Shown: piece after piece, positions 46,237 to 56,266 of the stretch
How the letters are laid out: each line of letters starts with the position of its first letter
Numbering within the stretch: position 1 is the stretch's first letter
Assembly (NCBI GenBank): GCA_965208105.1
Contig: OZ242318.1
Span: 3,584,001-3,648,000, forward strand
Source of the DNA: Candidatus Latescibacterota bacterium
Lineage (GTDB): Bacteria; Latescibacterota; UBA2968; UBA8231
Direction of reading: 5' to 3'
DNA: 64,000 bases
Program-made: the position numbers and the translations under genes
The notes under the pieces: generated by a model
Seen by the model: the letters and a program-made list of their open reading frames with translations, nothing else
Database searches by the model: none
What the model was told of the DNA's origin: nothing

Positions 46237-48795
46237 ATGTCCACAGTAACGCCCGCTGGTGCTGGCCTTGGCTCTTTCTCGACGAAGAAGAACTTCGAAC
46301 CGCTGCAGGTGGACCTGCCGGAGTTCGAGCGCGAATTCATGGAAGACGTGGGGTTCATGAACGCCATGACCCTGATCACCCTGGGCAACTACGCCCAGAC
46401 CGGTCATTTCGGCGGCCCCCTGGCCTACACCCCCTACAACGTCGCCATTCACCTCGGCGGTCCGGAGCTTGGCGGGCTGCGCTACGACATCCGCGAACCC
46501 AAGCATCCATACGCCGATAAGTTCATGCTGGCCGGCGGCCACTGCATACCCACCTGCTACGCCCTGTGGATGATCCTCTACCAAGCCCTGCTGAACCACC
46601 ACGAGGACACCGGCGACGACAAGTTCGGGTTCGATCCCCGGGTCGCGGTGCTGCCCATCGACGGGCTCGGCTTCCGGCGTTCGGCGGGGGTATGCGCGAC
46701 AATGCTGCAGGACAACGGCCTCGCCGATCATCCTCTCTTCGCCCAGGCCGGGCTGCGCGGCATCCGCGCCCTGGCCGGGCACTCCGAGACCACCGACGCC
46801 ACCAACGACGTGAACGGCGGGCCCTCCGGGGTCGGCATCTCCACGTCAGCCGGCAAGGCCATGTTCTGGGATGCGGTGGGCGCAGACCACAAGCTCAAGA
46901 TCCTCGCCTTCGAGGGAGAGTTCGCCTTCACCGAAGGCCACGCCCAGGAGCTCAAGACCGCGGCATTGGCGCAGCAGGTGGGCAAGCGCCTGAGGATTCT
47001 CTTTTCCATGAACAACTCCGGCATCGACGACCTTCTCCTCGGAGGCGTTGTGCGCGACACCTACGACTACGATCTGCCCAGCCAGTGGTCGTCGTACGGC
47101 TGGAACGTGTTCACGCTCGAGAACGGCAACGACTACACCCAGATTTTCGCGGCCCTGAAGAACATGGAGGACTGGGATGGCGCCGACCGCCGTCCCATGG
47201 TGGTCATCGGCCGCACCGTCAAGGGCTGGTGGCCGGCGGCGCAGAACGGGGAGATCCCCGGCTACGGCGAGCAGATCGTGGACTACGCCAGCCATCCCTA
47301 CAGCTTCAAGATGAACTGCGAGTACTTCCAGGCCCTGGCCTCTACCTTCGAAAAGCGCTACGGCGTCGAGTTCCAGGGGCTGGAGGCCGGTCCCACCGCC
47401 AGCGAGCCCGAGCGCCTGATCCAGTTCAAGACCAACATGGACGTCATCATGTCCGTCCTGGAGAAGAAGAAAGGGCTGCGCCAATGGATCGCCGAGCAAC
47501 TGCTGGACAGCGCCGCGAAACTCGACCGCGGCATGGCGGTATCCATCCCCACCGATGTCAATCCCTTCGGCGACCGGCGCCTGAAAGTGGAGAACCTGCC
47601 CGTCGATCCCATTGATGCCACGTGCAGGAATTTCCACACCGGGGAGGAAATGTCCCGCGAGGTGAATCTCTTCCTGAAACCCGGCGAGAAGAAAGGCACG
47701 CGGGCGGCGCTTTCCGAAATCGGAGCCTATCTCAACCACGTCACCGGCAACCGGCTCTACACCGTGGCCGCGGACCTCTCCAACTCGATCAACGTCGAAA
47801 AAGCCAACTTCTGGGGCCACTACGATCCGGTGCACAATCCCGGGGGCACCCGCGCCAAGTCGGGTATCAACGAGGCGGTGAACGCGGCCACCATCTGCGG
47901 CCTCGCCGGCCAGAGCGTGTCCACCGACCCGGACCTCCACGCCGGGGTCTGGGGCTGGAGCGGCACCTACGGCGCCTTCACCCCCCTGATGTACCTGCCG
48001 GTGCGCATCCACAGCCAGCAGAACCAGGACAGCCCGTTCGAGCTGGGTGTGGTCACCGTCATAGCCGGTCACTCCGGGCCCGAGACCGCCGCCGACGCGC
48101 GCAGCCACTTCGGCGTGTTCGCGCCCCAGGTCTGGACCCTCTTTCCCAGGGGGCAGGTGTGCAACCTCTATTTCTGGGACTACAACGACGTGGCGCCGGG
48201 TTACTTCGCCGCGGTGGACGCCGCGGTGAGCAGAAAGGAGCTCGGGGTCATCGTCATCCACGTGGCCCGGCCCGACTTCTACGTGGCCGACCGCAGCGGC
48301 TGGGCCGACCCCGACCTCAAGTCCTCGGCCAGGGGCTGCTATCTCATCCGCGACTGGAATGCGGCCCAACCTCCCTGCGGAACGGTCCTGGTGCAGGGCT
48401 CCAGCGCCTCGAACAACCTGGTGTCCATCATGGACCGCCTCGACGACGAAGGCCTCAACGTGAGGATCGTGGCGGTCATCAGCGAGGATCTCTTCAACCT
48501 GCAGACGGAGGAATACCGCCGGTCCATCCTCCCCGACGCGCAGCGCTACGACTGCATGGTGGTGACCACCATGACCCGTAGGGTGATGCCCATCGCCAAC
48601 CTGGGACCTCTCACCGACGAGTACACCCTGGCGTCGGACCACGACGACCGCTGGCGCACCGGGGGCATGGAAGAGGACGTCATCGCCGAGGCCAAGCTCG
48701 ATCCCGAGTCCATATACCGGGGGATCAAGCGCTTCGTCGACGAGCGCGAAAATCGGCTCGGGCGGCAGAAGGAGGCCTTCGCCTCACTGGGATAG
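46237..48795 (+). CDS. divergent transketolase-like thiamine diphosphate enzyme (~852 aa)
   Basis: GHFGG, AGGH, GHSE, GPSGVG, GEF-x25-NN, GINE and ADARSH match the transketolase motifs GHPG, SxGH, GHPE, GPLGQG, GDG..N, GIRE and EDGPTH. Confidence 0.8.
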   Translation: MSTVTPAGAGLGSFSTKKNFEPLQVDLPEFEREFMEDVGFMNAMTLITLGNYAQTGHFGGPLAYTPYNVAIHLGGPELGGLRYDIREPKHPYADKFMLAGGHCIPTCYALWMILYQALLNHHEDTGDDKFGFDPRVAVLPIDGLGFRRSAGVCATMLQDNGLADHPLFAQAGLRGIRALAGHSETTDATNDVNGGPSGVGISTSAGKAMFWDAVGADHKLKILAFEGEFAFTEGHAQELKTAALAQQVGKRLRILFSMNNSGIDDLLLGGVVRDTYDYDLPSQWSSYGWNVFTLENGNDYTQIFAALKNMEDWDGADRRPMVVIGRTVKGWWPAAQNGEIPGYGEQIVDYASHPYSFKMNCEYFQALASTFEKRYGVEFQGLEAGPTASEPERLIQFKTNMDVIMSVLEKKKGLRQWIAEQLLDSAAKLDRGMAVSIPTDVNPFGDRRLKVENLPVDPIDATCRNFHTGEEMSREVNLFLKPGEKKGTRAALSEIGAYLNHVTGNRLYTVAADLSNSINVEKANFWGHYDPVHNPGGTRAKSGINEAVNAATICGLAGQSVSTDPDLHAGVWGWSGTYGAFTPLMYLPVRIHSQQNQDSPFELGVVTVIAGHSGPETAADARSHFGVFAPQVWTLFPRGQVCNLYFWDYNDVAPGYFAAVDAAVSRKELGVIVIHVARPDFYVADRSGWADPDLKSSARGCYLIRDWNAAQPPCGTVLVQGSSASNNLVSIMDRLDDEGLNVRIVAVISEDLFNLQTEEYRRSILPDAQRYDCMVVTTMTRRVMPIANLGPLTDEYTLASDHDDRWRTGGMEEDVIAEAKLDPESIYRGIKRFVDERENRLGRQKEAFASLG

Positions 48796-48805
48796 GTGCT
48801 GGAGG

Positions 48806-48838
48806 GGTCTGTCCGGTGGAATTTTCGGCGGACGGACC
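48806..48838. terminator. hairpin downstream of the transketolase-like gene, between convergent genes
   Basis: GGTCTGTCCG...CGGACGGACC, a 10-bp stem with one U-G pair. Confidence 0.35.
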
Positions 48839-48962
48839 TGGCGCCCGCCGCCGGCAGCGGCGCCGGGACGACCTCCCTGGCCCAGGTGCCGACTGGCCCA
48901 CCTGCTTCCGGGACCGCCGGCGCAGGTAGCCGGTGAGGGAAATCCCGGCGAGGGCCTGCTAC

Positions 48963-49850
48963 CTAGTAGAGGGCGCGGTGAAGCCGCTGGGGGTAGTCGC
49001 CGACGCTTTCGTGGCGGCGTCCAAGGTGGAAGAAGAGAGAGATCATGGCCTCCCTGGCTGCGCCGTCGCGGAAGTCCTTCTTGCGCTCGACGATGGTCAG
49101 CCATTCCTTCAGCGCCGCGGCGAAGTCCCCTTCCGCTGCGGCGCAGCAGCCGAGCTCGTAGCGGGCGTTCAGATCGTCGGGATCGGCCTGCAGCCTGCGG
49201 GAGCATGCCTCGGAGCCGCCGGCTTCCCCGCAGGTGCGGGCCATGTCGATGAGATGCAGCAGGGCCTGCGCCGGCTTGTACTCCGAGCTGCCATCCTTCA
49301 CCCTTCCCACCACGGCCTCCACCGCCTCGTGTTCGCCCTGCCGCTGCCGCACACGGGCCAGGCCGAGAAGGGCCCCGCCGTCCTCGGGGTGGTCGCTCAG
49401 AAACTCGTCGTAAAGGCGGGCGGCTCCGTCCAGGTCTCCCGTCTCGGCCAGGCTTGCCGCATGTTCCAGGGGATCGTCCCCGAGTTCCGCATCGGCGGCG
49501 GATTCAGGCACCAGGGGCCGCAGTATTTCCTCGATCTGCTCCCTGGGCAGGGCTCCGGTGAACTCCTTCACGAGCTGGCCGTTCTTGACGATCTTGACCG
49601 CGGGGATGCCCTGGACTCCGAAGGCCATGGCCAGTTGCTGGTTGTCGTCCACGTTGACCTTGGCCAGGACCGCCCCGTCCCCCAGGGAGGCGACGACCTC
49701 GGTGAGGATGGGCCCCAGGGTGCGGCAGGGCCCGCACCAGGGAGCCCAGAAGTCCACGACCACCAGGTGGTCCTGTGAGCCCTGGATTACCACTTCCTCG
49801 AAGTTGGAGGCGTCGACGTCGACGGCCTGCGGACCTGTCTGCATTTCCAT
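48963..49850 (-). CDS. cnoX: thioredoxin-TPR chaperedoxin (CnoX/YbbN)
   Basis: VDFWAPWCGPC and GIP, followed by TPR helices and a YbbN-like C-terminus. Confidence 0.88.
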   Translation of the reverse strand: MEMQTGPQAVDVDASNFEEVVIQGSQDHLVVVDFWAPWCGPCRTLGPILTEVVASLGDGAVLAKVNVDDNQQLAMAFGVQGIPAVKIVKNGQLVKEFTGALPREQIEEILRPLVPESAADAELGDDPLEHAASLAETGDLDGAARLYDEFLSDHPEDGGALLGLARVRQRQGEHEAVEAVVGRVKDGSSEYKPAQALLHLIDMARTCGEAGGSEACSRRLQADPDDLNARYELGCCAAAEGDFAAALKEWLTIVERKKDFRDGAAREAMISLFFHLGRRHESVGDYPQRLHRALY

Positions 49851-50086
49851 TGAGCCCATTCCCGGGTTGGTGGGACCAGCCCTGATTGTATGGTTCCGGG
49901 GAGGTGTGACGCAACCCCTGGTCTATGCGCCCGTTGAAAAAGTCCATCCGGGCTGCGGCCGGCCCTGGCGGTCGAATACGGCGTTGCGCTCCCTCCCCGA
50001 ATCCCCTCGATTCGCCTCGGTCGCACGCCTTGCCTTCGACCGCCATGCCTCGGCCTCGCCTGCAGAGCAACTTTATCAACGGGCTG

Positions 50087-51136
50087 CTAGCGCCCGCGGC
50101 CGCGCCCGGCGATCTCCCAGGTGTCCACCACCTCGCCCTTGCGCACCGCGTGGAGGCGGTCGTGCAGATTGGTGGTCATGCCGCCGTGCAGGGGTATGAA
50201 GGAGAGGACTTCCCCAACCGCGAAGCTGTGGTTGGAGCGGCTGACGTTGACCTCCGAGTGCTCCACGAACATGACATCGATCCAGATCTCGGGGTGCTCC
50301 AGGCAGTAGCCGTAGGGCAGGGGCGGAAAGTTGTTGAAGGCCTTCTGGCCGGCGTCCACGATGACGGCGCCGGGCCGGTTCGCGCTGACCACGGTAACCG
50401 CCAGGCGCAGGGAGCAGCGGTCCGGGTGCAGGTCATCGCGTTCGCGTATGCGGGTCATGCCCTCGTAGGCGTAGGATCCGATGCGGGCTTCGGTGCATCC
50501 CAGGGACTTGGAGACCTCCTCGTCGCCGGTGCCTCCGCCGCTGACCACGGCTAGGGGCAGCCCGGCGCGGGAGGTCAAATCGCGGACCTCGTCCAGGAAG
50601 GGACGGGCCTCCTCCTTGCTGGGATAGAGCATGACGCCGCCGAACTCGAGGCCGGGCAGACCGTCGATGAGCCGGGCGAGCTCCAGGGTTTCCCGGGGCG
50701 ACTGGGTGCCGCAGCGCCCCAGCCCGGTGTCCATCTCGACGATGGTGCGGATGGTGCAGCCGTCCCTGGCGGCCTGGCGCGACAGGCCCTCCGCCACCGC
50801 GGCTGAATCGGCCGCCACGGCGATGGCCGCCTGGTCCCTTCTGATCAGGCGGGTGAGGCGCTCCAGCTTGGAGGGGCCGATGATGTTGTAGAGGATGAAC
50901 ACGTCCTCGAGGCCGCCATCGACCATGACCTCGGCCTCGCCCAGCTTCTGGCAGCAGATGCCTTTGGCGCCGGCGCCGATCTGCATGCGGGCGATCTCGG
51001 GAGTCTTGTGGGTCTTGGTGTGGACCCGGAGGTCTATGCCGAGGCGGTCGCAGCGCTGCTGCAGGGTGGAGATGTTGTTCTCCAGGATGTCGAGGTCGAC
51101 CCACAGGGCCGGAGTGTCAATGTCGCCGAGGTGCAT
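50087..51136 (-). CDS. D-threonine aldolase / DSD1-type PLP enzyme (alanine racemase fold)
   Basis: TPAL.VDL, HTKTHK (PLP lysine), RCG, SGGGT, DAGQKA, EH. Confidence 0.88.
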   Translation of the reverse strand: MHLGDIDTPALWVDLDILENNISTLQQRCDRLGIDLRVHTKTHKTPEIARMQIGAGAKGICCQKLGEAEVMVDGGLEDVFILYNIIGPSKLERLTRLIRRDQAAIAVAADSAAVAEGLSRQAARDGCTIRTIVEMDTGLGRCGTQSPRETLELARLIDGLPGLEFGGVMLYPSKEEARPFLDEVRDLTSRAGLPLAVVSGGGTGDEEVSKSLGCTEARIGSYAYEGMTRIRERDDLHPDRCSLRLAVTVVSANRPGAVIVDAGQKAFNNFPPLPYGYCLEHPEIWIDVMFVEHSEVNVSRSNHSFAVGEVLSFIPLHGGMTTNLHDRLHAVRKGEVVDTWEIAGRGRGR

Positions 51137-51140
51137 GGAA

Positions 51141-52235
51141 TCACTTTCTTCCTTCGAGAAGGTCCAGGTACTGTGCCGCGGTTTTTTCCCAGGAGTACTC
51201 GCGCCGGACGTAGCCGCGGGCTTCGGCGCGCTTGGCTTCCCTTTCGCGCTCGGGCAGGGCGTAGTAGCGGTGGATCTCGCCGACAAAGCTCGGATAATCG
51301 TTGGGTTCTATCAAGTAGCCGCCTTCGCGCACGCTCTCGACCAGGGCGTCCACCGCGAAAGCCACCACGGGGGTGCCGGTGTACATGCTCTCCAACTGGG
51401 TCATGCCGAAGCCTTCCGCGTCGTTGGGAGTCGGAACGTTGGGAAAGATGAAGAGGTCGGCGCTCTGGCGCAGCATGGCGATGGTTTCGTCGGAGGGGGA
51501 CTCGAGGAGAACGACGCGGTCCTGCAGCTCCGGCTTCCCGCTCAGGGCGCGGATGCGTCCCAGGTCGGGGCCGGCGCCGCCGATGACGAGGCGGATGTCG
51601 GGATCGAGCAGGGGCATGCCCTTCTCCAGGAATGCGGCCACTCCCTTGCGCGGGACCAGGCGGCCGAAGTTGAGCAGGATGCGGTCCCGGCCGAAGCGCA
51701 GCCCGTGGGTCCGCTCGAATCGCTCCCGTATGAGGCCGCACTGCTCGTCGGCAAGGACCAGCGCCTCCACCCCCAGGTAGACGATGGTGATTTTCTCCGC
51801 GGAGATGCCTGCCCGCACCGAGATCTCGCGGGAGTGGCGGCTGATGAGGACGACGTGGTCGCAGGCCTGGGCGCCGCGGCGCATGAGGCCGCGGGCGAGC
51901 CGGTTGCCGTAGGCCATTTCCAGGCCGTAGATCGTGACCACGAAGCGGGCGCGGGCAATGGGCCGCAGGAGAGGTGCCAGCGCCCCGACCACCCCGTCGC
52001 CGAAGTAGACCGCGTCCACCCGCCTCAGCAGCAGGTCGAAGAAAGCCCGGACGAAGGCCCAGGGCAGAAACCAGAGCAGGTGAATCTTCCACTGGCGGCC
52101 CAGCGCCACCAGCCGCACCGGGCGCCGGGCGCTCAGCCGGGTGTAGAGGTTGTGGCAGTGGACCTGGATGCCCCCGACGGAAGGGGGGTAGCGGCGGGTG
52201 ATGAACAGGATACGGGTGCCGGGGCTGGATGACAT
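51141..52235 (-). CDS. glycosyltransferase family 4 (GT-B)
   Basis: YPPSVGGI, GRLVPRKG, EGFG...LES (EX7E), GTPVV. Confidence 0.92.
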   Translation of the reverse strand: MSSSPGTRILFITRRYPPSVGGIQVHCHNLYTRLSARRPVRLVALGRQWKIHLLWFLPWAFVRAFFDLLLRRVDAVYFGDGVVGALAPLLRPIARARFVVTIYGLEMAYGNRLARGLMRRGAQACDHVVLISRHSREISVRAGISAEKITIVYLGVEALVLADEQCGLIRERFERTHGLRFGRDRILLNFGRLVPRKGVAAFLEKGMPLLDPDIRLVIGGAGPDLGRIRALSGKPELQDRVVLLESPSDETIAMLRQSADLFIFPNVPTPNDAEGFGMTQLESMYTGTPVVAFAVDALVESVREGGYLIEPNDYPSFVGEIHRYYALPEREREAKRAEARGYVRREYSWEKTAAQYLDLLEGRK

Positions 52236-52316
52236 GAAAGGGAATTTCTGAAATTGGCCCCTCGGACTCAAGGGCAACACCCGAAAGGAATTGCCGCGGA
52301 AGCCGTGCCGCCGGGG

Positions 52317-53186
52317 CTAGTGCCCCCCGTGGGACTCCATCCCGTGCTCGTGATGGACGGCGCTGGATTCCACGTAGTAGAGCACGTAGGCCAGGGCGAT
52401 TCCCAAAAGGAGGGATATGATGAGCTTGCCGCGGTCGTGGCCGTGGAATTGGATCTCGGGCAGCAGGTCGCTCAGGGCGATGCAGAGGAAGGCTCCGGCG
52501 GCAAAGGACAGCACGTAGCCGACTATCGCTCCATGTTCCGGACCCAGCAGCTCCACCCCCGTGAAACTAGCCAGGGCTACCAGGGGACAGAGCATGGCGA
52601 AGCCGACGTTGGCCGCGGTGCGGGACCGGGGGCTGTGTCCGGCGGACTTCATCATGCCGATGATGGAGTAGGCGTCGAGGGGCTTGTGCAGCAGTATGGC
52701 GAGGAATACCCCCAGCCCGACCAGCACCACTTCGTCGGAATGGGGCGGGCCAATCTGCATGCTGGTACCCAGGGCGATCCCTTCGGTCACGGTATGCACC
52801 CCGAGGCCGAGGACGACGCCTACCAGGCTGCGCGAATGGACGACGGAACCGCCGTGGTCGCGCCGGTCGTAGAGATCCTTGGCCTCGGCGCTGAAGTCGT
52901 GCTGGTGGTACTGAAAGATGCGCAGCAGAAAAATCATGAGGACCATGCCGAACACCATCCATCCAACCACTTTCTCTATGATTGCAGGTCCGGTAAGGCG
53001 ATCGATGCTGTGGGGCAGAAGGTGAAACATGGCGATGCCGAGGATGAAACCGGCCACGAGGCTCATGACCACCTGGGTGCGGGTGTGGGTCATGTTGCCC
53101 ATGGCCGCCAGTTTGCCGCCGCCGATGGAGACGGCGAAGATGGCGGCGCAATAGGCGAGCAAGACCAGAAAAGTATGTATGTCCAT
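52317..53186 (-). CDS. ZIP-family metal transporter
   Basis: FHLLPH, His loop YHQHD, VHTVTEGIALG, LLHKPLD, AAGAFL..ALSDLLPE; His-rich tail HHEHGMESHGGH. Confidence 0.92.
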   Translation of the reverse strand: MDIHTFLVLLAYCAAIFAVSIGGGKLAAMGNMTHTRTQVVMSLVAGFILGIAMFHLLPHSIDRLTGPAIIEKVVGWMVFGMVLMIFLLRIFQYHQHDFSAEAKDLYDRRDHGGSVVHSRSLVGVVLGLGVHTVTEGIALGTSMQIGPPHSDEVVLVGLGVFLAILLHKPLDAYSIIGMMKSAGHSPRSRTAANVGFAMLCPLVALASFTGVELLGPEHGAIVGYVLSFAAGAFLCIALSDLLPEIQFHGHDRGKLIISLLLGIALAYVLYYVESSAVHHEHGMESHGGH

Positions 53187-53292
53187 GATGGCCGTGATCA
53201 AAAACTACGTGGGATAGCGGTCGTCCCCCGGATGGGAGGGAAGGAAGAGCGCGCCAGGAGCGAAGAAGCTGGTCTCGGCAAGGGATTTCCGC

Positions 53293-53781
53293 TCAGAAGA
53301 ACAGCATCAACAGCACGATGCTGCTCAGCCCGCCGAGCATGAACCCCGCGGTGCTGACGACGCCCGAGGCCATGGAGAAGTCGGCGATGCGGAAGGTCTG
53401 GGGCCCGATGGTGAACATCACCTGGGAGCGGTCGATCTCCCCCTCGACGAATCCCTTCAGGCCCTCCTCGGCGCTGTGAGCCTCCTTGACAGAGACCAGG
53501 GCTACGAGAATCATGGTCATGGCCGAGGCCAGGGTCCCGATCGCGAACATGAGCAGCGTAGCCAGGGCGAACCAGTGGTAGGCGGCGTCCTCGTTCCCCG
53601 ACGAGGAGCTCATGAACCCGATGATCAACGCCGCACCGCCCGCATTGCCGAGCAGCAGCAACCGGGCGGACTCGGTGATCAGCCTGAACATGGTGCCGCG
53701 GCGCATGGCGACGACTTTGTAGAGCTCTCGCAGCCACTCTTCACCGGTTTCTTCGCCGGAAAATTCATCCACCTTTTTCAA
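53293..53781 (-). CDS. small membrane protein of unknown function (three hydrophobic helices)
   Basis: TTG start 3 nt after the upstream stop, with GGAGG RBS; LLLGNAGGAAL motif. Confidence 0.75.
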   Translation of the reverse strand: MKKVDEFSGEETGEEWLRELYKVVAMRRGTMFRLITESARLLLLGNAGGAALIIGFMSSSSGNEDAAYHWFALATLLMFAIGTLASAMTMILVALVSVKEAHSAEEGLKGFVEGEIDRSQVMFTIGPQTFRIADFSMASGVVSTAGFMLGGLSSIVLLMLFF

Positions 53782-53784
53782 TGG

Positions 53785-54900
53785 CTAATTTCCTCCGAGA
53801 TCGGTCAGCCTGATGTAGCTCGAACCCGTATTGGTGCCGGGCTCGAATTCGAGAGTCCAATCGTCGATCGCCACCGGCCCGGACGCCAGGGCCTGATCCA
53901 TGAAATTCTGGCGCGTCAGCTGGTCGCCCATGCGCTCCAGCACGGCTATGACGAAGCGGCCCAGAATGTAACCTTCGAGGGACACCTCGTTGATGGTGTA
54001 ATCCGCCGTCTCCGTCCCCGCCGCCGCGGACTCGAGAGCTCGTTGGAAACTCCGCACAACCGGCCTGCTGGTGTCGTCGGCGTCGGGCATCACCTCGGTG
54101 ACCAGGATCCGGTCGTTGGGCTCTGTGACCTCCTTCTTGAGCTCGTAGGACAGGACGAAGGACAGGTTGGCGATTATGTACTGGTGGCCAAGGGAATGCG
54201 CCAGGTTGATGATCTCCGCGTTGGCGGCGTAGGCTCCGACGATGAGGATGGCGTCCAGGTCGGCCTTGGCCAGGGCGAAGAGGCTCGCCTGGACGGCGTG
54301 GGTGTTGCGCGAGAAGGCGGTCTTCGCCAGAATGGGGACGCCGTGTCCGTCGAGAACCGTCTTGTAGTTTCTCAGGACGGAACGGCCGAAGGCGTCGTCC
54401 TGGTAGATGATCCCGAAGCGGTTCTTGCCGCGCTCCTGCAGGATGTGCTCCACCAGCAACCGGGTCTCGTCGAAATAGCCCGCCCTCAGGTTGATGACGT
54501 TGGGGAAGCGCTTGGTGTTGCGCAGGAAATCGGCGCCGGTGAAGGGTCCGACGAAAGGAATCCCCGCCGTCCTCAGCACGGGGGCGATGCGCTTGGCGGT
54601 CGGCGTCCCCACCCCGCCGATGACGGCCAGCACCTCGTTCTCGGCGGCGAAGCGTTCGGCGTTGGCCGCGGCCTGCTCGGGCTCGTAGGCGTCGTCGAGG
54701 GATACCAGCTCCAGCGGCCTGCCGTTCACCCCGCCGCGCGCGTTGCACTCGCGGAAGGCCGCCTCGATCCCCGCCCGGTAGTTGAACCCCAGGCGCTCGT
54801 TCGGCCCGGAGAAACAGGCACTCTGGCCGAACACCACGGCCTCCGCGGCGGCCGTGGAGACCGCGGCCGAGAGCACGAGGAGGAAGGAGGCCAGCAGCAT
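53785..54900 (-). CDS. type 1 periplasmic binding protein (LivK-like fold) with no adjacent ABC genes
   Basis: Signal peptide; FGQSACFSGP, GGVNGR, LDDAYEP, VGTPT, NLRAGY..E, YQDDAFG, SLEGY. ATG 1 nt after the previous stop. Confidence 0.88.
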   Translation of the reverse strand: MLLASFLLVLSAAVSTAAAEAVVFGQSACFSGPNERLGFNYRAGIEAAFRECNARGGVNGRPLELVSLDDAYEPEQAAANAERFAAENEVLAVIGGVGTPTAKRIAPVLRTAGIPFVGPFTGADFLRNTKRFPNVINLRAGYFDETRLLVEHILQERGKNRFGIIYQDDAFGRSVLRNYKTVLDGHGVPILAKTAFSRNTHAVQASLFALAKADLDAILIVGAYAANAEIINLAHSLGHQYIIANLSFVLSYELKKEVTEPNDRILVTEVMPDADDTSRPVVRSFQRALESAAAGTETADYTINEVSLEGYILGRFVIAVLERMGDQLTRQNFMDQALASGPVAIDDWTLEFEPGTNTGSSYIRLTDLGGN

Positions 54901-54901
54901 G

Positions 54902-56245
54902 CTAATTACCCTTGCCACCGGCTTTCGCTTTCTTTTCGGCGCCAACTGTTTTCTCCTTCTTCGCGCCGCCGCCTTCCTTCTTTTTCTTCTCCCCGGTTGC
55001 CAGGTTCTCGATCATCGGCTTTTCGTCGGCCTCCTGGCCCACGGGCTTGCCGCTCACGTGGCGGTGGGAGAAGATGGACGGGGTGTCGAAGATGAGCGAC
55101 CGCGGGTTGGCGATGCTCATGTGGTCCCGTTCGGCGCGGGTCTGATGGAACTGGCCGTCGAGCAGGAGCTTGTCGGCATGGATGCTTTCGATGGCGTGCA
55201 CGTTCTGCATGGTGGCCGTCGAGAGCAGGGGCCTGTCTTCGATTTTTTCACTGGTGGGAGGTGCTTCCAGCGCCATGTGCGCCGGGGTGAACCCGCCCGC
55301 TCCGTCGATCATGTTGATGTCGATGGCCGACTGGTTGCCCGGATTGACCGCCGCCAGGCTGGCCTCCGCAAAGATCTTGCGCATCCGGTCCCAGTAGCGC
55401 GTGATTCCCACGTGGGCGGGCTGTTTGCGGTATTCGGCCAAAAGCGCCGAGAAGGCTCCGGCGGTGCTCTTCGCCTGTACCACGCGCTCCCTGGCCTTGG
55501 CCTTGGCGTTGATCACCATGGCCTTGGCCTGTCCACGGCTGTGGGCGATGAGCTGCTCCCTTTTGCGGTTGGCGTCGCTCACCGCCTTGACGCGGTCGGC
55601 GAAGGCGTCGCTCACGTCCCGGAAGGCGGCGATGGTTTCCTCGATGGGGCGCACGTCGAGGATGTCGAGGGAGACCAGCTCAATCCCGATGTCGCGGGAG
55701 GCGAGGCGCTCGGTGATCCGCTCGAACAGTTTGCTTTGAATGATGTTTCGATTCGAGGTGAGGATCAGGTCGATGAAGTTCTGCCCCAGGATATTGACCA
55801 GCTCCTCCCTGGAGATCATGGTCACCATGGCGAGGGGGTCGGAGGTGACGAACAGGTAGTTCCTCAGGTTGTCGACCTTGTACTGGAGGGCCACGTCCAC
55901 TTCGAGCAGGTTCACGTCTCCCGAAAGGATGGTGAAGTTGACGGAATCGCCCTCCTTGCTGGAAACCTGGTGGCGGATGATGCGCTTGACCTTGTGGACG
56001 TAGGTCTTCTCGATGACGGGAATGCAGTAGTGGATGCCGGGCCCGATGTTGGCGTCCACCACCCGGCCGAAGCGGGTGCGAACGCCCTGCTCCTCTTTCT
56101 TGACGACGTAGAACCCGCTGGCCAAAAACCCGGCGACGACGGCTGCGGTGACCGATTGCAGGATGCGCCGGTGGTGCTTGCCGAGGAAGTCGAATGCGGC
56201 GTAGATGACCCGCGTGCTGGGCGGCAATGACTGTCGTTCGCTCAT
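54902..56245 (-). CDS. HflK-like SPFH (band 7) protein with a long C-terminal extension
   Basis: One TM helix; SGFYVV..EEQGVRTRFG, PGIHY, LSGDVN, AFRDV; coiled coil; YWD.M. About 130 extra C-terminal residues. Confidence 0.88.
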   Translation of the reverse strand: MSERQSLPPSTRVIYAAFDFLGKHHRRILQSVTAAVVAGFLASGFYVVKKEEQGVRTRFGRVVDANIGPGIHYCIPVIEKTYVHKVKRIIRHQVSSKEGDSVNFTILSGDVNLLEVDVALQYKVDNLRNYLFVTSDPLAMVTMISREELVNILGQNFIDLILTSNRNIIQSKLFERITERLASRDIGIELVSLDILDVRPIEETIAAFRDVSDAFADRVKAVSDANRKREQLIAHSRGQAKAMVINAKAKARERVVQAKSTAGAFSALLAEYRKQPAHVGITRYWDRMRKIFAEASLAAVNPGNQSAIDINMIDGAGGFTPAHMALEAPPTSEKIEDRPLLSTATMQNVHAIESIHADKLLLDGQFHQTRAERDHMSIANPRSLIFDTPSIFSHRHVSGKPVGQEADEKPMIENLATGEKKKKEGGGAKKEKTVGAEKKAKAGGKGN

Positions 56246-56266
56246 TTCAGGCGGACTCCCCAATTG

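Noticed and set aside
53187-53292. Possible metal riboswitch or attenuator upstream of the ZIP gene
   Set aside because: Only a weak stem and a short U run; I could not see NiCo or yybP-ykoY consensus features. An Rfam scan would settle it.
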